This document shows, piece by piece, positions 61,107 to 64,000 of a stretch of 64,000 nt of DNA. The stretch is from Phaeosaccion multiseriatum (Eukaryota > Protista > Ochrophyta, other classes). The notes below the pieces were generated by a model, which was given only the letters and a program-made list of their open reading frames with translations, was not told where the DNA came from and made no database searches. The first letter of the stretch is position 1. Every line of letters begins with the position of its first letter. The translations under genes were made by a program, and so were the position numbers. The stretch is taken from the NCBI GenBank assembly GCA_965112735.1, contig OZ218961.1:2108001-2172000 (forward strand), read 5' to 3'.

Positions 61107-64000
61107 ATGCAGCCAGCGCTGGTCCAGGATGCGGGAGGAGCAGGGACAGGAGGTGCTCAGGATGGGGATCTGGCTAGATTTAAGGAGGCTCTGGAATCCA
61201 AGGCAGGTGTGGAGGTGCGGAAGACGGCGGCGGGCGGAAAGACGGACAAAACACGAACACTGCACCTCGTTGACAGATCTACTAAGCTCTGGAGAAGGAA
61301 TAACCAGACCAAACATGGGACCGCACAGGACCTGAAAGTGATGCCACTGCAAGATCTCATCCAGGTGAGGCCCTGCCTGCAGTCCTTACCGCCCTTCCTC
61401 CCTCCCCTGCTCGCACTTACCGCTCTTTCCTACTACAGCGCCTCCTCAGCTCCGTGTGCCTCCCTCGGTTGCCTCGCTCTCTGCACATAGCATGTAGTAC
61501 ACCACCACCCCCTTGTTCTGTAAGGACCCCGCCTCAAGTGTCACTGGCTGATGCACTCGCTTTGTATCTTGCGTGCCTGCCCCTTGACCAACGCTTGACA
61601 GGTGTTTCCGAGCAGACGAATCCCGGGGCGAGGTTGCCTGGTGCTTATCTCAGCCTCTGTGTCCACGAACGAGCGCAGTTTTGACGTGGAAACGTGGAGG
61701 TTGGAGTTCCCTGCCAAGGGAGCAGAGCACACGGCCACAGCTGCCGAGAAGTACTTCGCTAGCATGATATCAAAGAATGACAGCGCTCCTCGCTTGATCA
61801 AAACGCTGGCAACGCTGGACAGCTCCCCTGTCCTGTTCGGACAGGCTCTCAAGGTTGTGCTTGAGGTGACCAACGAGTTCGCCCAGGAGGTGCCGGGCAT
61901 CGGGCCGGCCTTCGACCTTCTGTTTGGGCTTTGGTTGAAGCATGAGCAGCTACAAGCCGCCAAGCAAGACCTACTCAGGCTTGTGCAGAAGATGGTCCAG
62001 GCCAAGGAGATGACAGAGTTTGTGGGGAAAATGAGGTGTTTGCAAGAAGGTGCTGCCGATTCGACCATTCGAGGCACTCTGCAAACGGCGCTACACGCAT
62101 TGCAGGAAGAACTGTTTTGTATCTCGGAAGACTTCTTGGTTGGGAGCTGGTGGCGTAAGTTCCTGAATACCTCCACGCTCCAAGGGAACATTGACAAGCT
62201 TGGAGGCGAGCTTCAATCGGCTTTGAGCAACTTCATGGCCTCTCAGGTGTTCGCCGCGGTAATGGACACGCAGCAACTCGTCACGGAGAACAATAACTTC
62301 GTCAAGGAGAACAATGAAATGTTGCGACAGCGTCACCCCCAACGGCAGGAACGGGAGAAAGCGCCCATTCCGAAGCAGGCCCCACGTCTCAGCAACACGC
62401 ACATCCCGAGGGCCGAAATGGAGGAGAGGACAGCACTAAGGCTGATTGAGATTGCGGAGATGGGAGAGCCGCTTCCGGACGAGCCGCTCCTCCCCGTGGT
62501 GGTGTGCCATGGTGCGGGGGGGATGGGCAAGTCCGAGGCAGTGCGGGCCGTGATTGAGAGGGACGACGTCCGGAAGCAGTTCAAGAAGAACGGCATTCTG
62601 TATCTGCGTGTGGGGAGGCTGCATCAAGAGGGGGCCGAAGAGGAGGGAAGCACCAAAGCTGACATGCTCCTGTCGCTGATGCAGACGCTCATGAACGACT
62701 TTGGTCTGAATGTGGGGCTTGGGCTGCCGGACGAAGGGCCGCAACATATTCAGCACTTCCGGGAAGCTTCCGACTTTGCTTCTGCGATCGCCACACACGT
62801 TCATAAGCACTCCTCGAGATGCTTGTGCGTTGCAGACGACGTGTGGGATGCCGACGTTCTGAGCATGCTCCGCAAGACGGGGCTTCAGCTGCTGGTCACG
62901 ACGAGAGTCAAGGGGCTGCTCCCCTCAGAGGAGTCTGACTGCGTGGAGGTGAGGCGCATGGAGGAGAAAGCGTCGGTGCAGCTGCTGTTGAGGGACACAG
63001 CTGGCACTCGCGTTCCTGATGATGGTGAGGGGTTGTATAAGGCCATCTTGCTTGTTGCAGAGTGGTGCGGGAGGCACGCACTGGCGCTGTCAATGGCCGG
63101 GCGTCTCCCTCAAGTAGAGAGCAAGCCGGATGAGGAGCAAGCCTGGCTCGATTTGGCTCAGGACATCAAGAAAGGGCTCGGCGAGAACAGGGAGGGTAGT
63201 TCGATTGACAATATGAAGGCCGCGCTGGGCAGGGTTCTCACACTCAGCATCGACGCACTGCCTGACCCACTCAAAAGCCGTTATCTGTACCTGGCGGTCC
63301 TTCCAAGGGGCAGGGGAGCGAGCGAGCTCATGCTGAGGTCGTTGTGGGCCTATGACGAGCCTGCAGTAGCAGAAGCAGTGGCTCAGCTTGCGGATCGATC
63401 TCTGCTGGAGAGGTGGGGCCATGGCGGTGCGGTGCCTCACGAGCTGCAGCTGGACTTCATTGCCAATGCCATCAAGTCAGACATGCACAAGTGGGACTTG
63501 AAGACGGCTGTAGCGCGTCAGTCTGGCTTCTTGTCCCAGCAGGAGTGCATCGCTGGGAACGTGTGGGCCGACAGTGTTTCTAAGCAGGATGGCACGACTG
63601 GCGGTACAGAGTACGGCCTTGGTGGTGGATATGCGTATGTCGGGTACTGGCGCAGCACGTGGGAGCTCGCTCAGTCGTCGTCGGACATGGTGGTGGACGC
63701 GGTGATGAAGTCACTCGCGGAGGAAGAGTCTCACACAACGGGGGTGAGTAGAGCACGCCATTTGGAGTCGTGTGCTGAGTTATTTGCCATGGTAGTGAGA
63801 GGCGTGGAAGCGGAGGCGCTCTACCGCAAGGCCATGGCGATTAATGAGGAGGTGCTGCCTGCCAACCACCCGCACCTGGCCGGGTCGTACAATAGCCTCG
63901 GTAACCGTCTCCGCGATCAGGGCAAGGCGGAGGAGGCGGAGGTGCTGTACCGCAAGGCCATGGCGATTCGTGAGAAGGTGCTGCCTGCCAACCACCCGCA
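61107..64000 (+). CDS. NLR-like STAND protein: PH-like / MLKL-like 4-helix bundle / NB-ARC / TPR repeats; runs off window end
   Basis: Exon 1 is 61107-61364; exon 2 runs from 61602 and appears open to the window end. Walker A GAGGMGKS (62511), Walker B CLCVADDVW, LLVTTR, CGRHALAL (GxP-equivalent), LYLAVLP, LADRSLL, PHEL (MHD-equivalent). 42-aa kinesin-light-chain-type TPRs: AEALYRKAMAINEEVLPANHPHLAGSYNSLG. Confidence 0.9.

Overview
GC-rich, microsatellite-dense, intron-rich eukaryotic nuclear DNA. It is most likely from a photosynthetic stramenopile (ochrophyte, probably brown-alga/PX-clade affinity). This is inferred from signal-peptide-plus-Phe bipartite plastid leaders, an NB-ARC-TPR gene and an ankyrin-like W-D/GCP-repeat gene. 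Genes in order: 3' part of FGAM synthase (PFAS/purL, +); a plastid-targeted protein with about 8 tandem ~115-aa mTERF-like modules (-); a decayed ankyrin-like gene; a low-complexity hypothetical gene (-); TFIIH p62/TFB1 (+); a near-perfect ~810-bp palindrome abutting an intron-containing, truncated Fanzor/TnpB-like gene and a 53-bp hairpin; a second plastid-targeted protein with the same modules (-), head-to-head with a divergent SMC ATPase (+); a signal-peptide-bearing class I methyltransferase (+); a plastid PDZ + 2Fe-2S ferredoxin (-); and two tandem NLR-like genes (PH-like / MLKL-like helical bundle / NB-ARC / TPR). The first NLR copy is broken and joined to the decayed C-terminal half of a eukaryotic NAD-dependent DNA ligase. 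Two short DNA words (AGTTGGTGATAC and GGATGGCAGTGG) are strongly over-represented across the window, in introns and inside exons in several reading frames, and intron ends show reverse-complementary composition. All calls are by-eye motif recognition and exon boundaries are manual.
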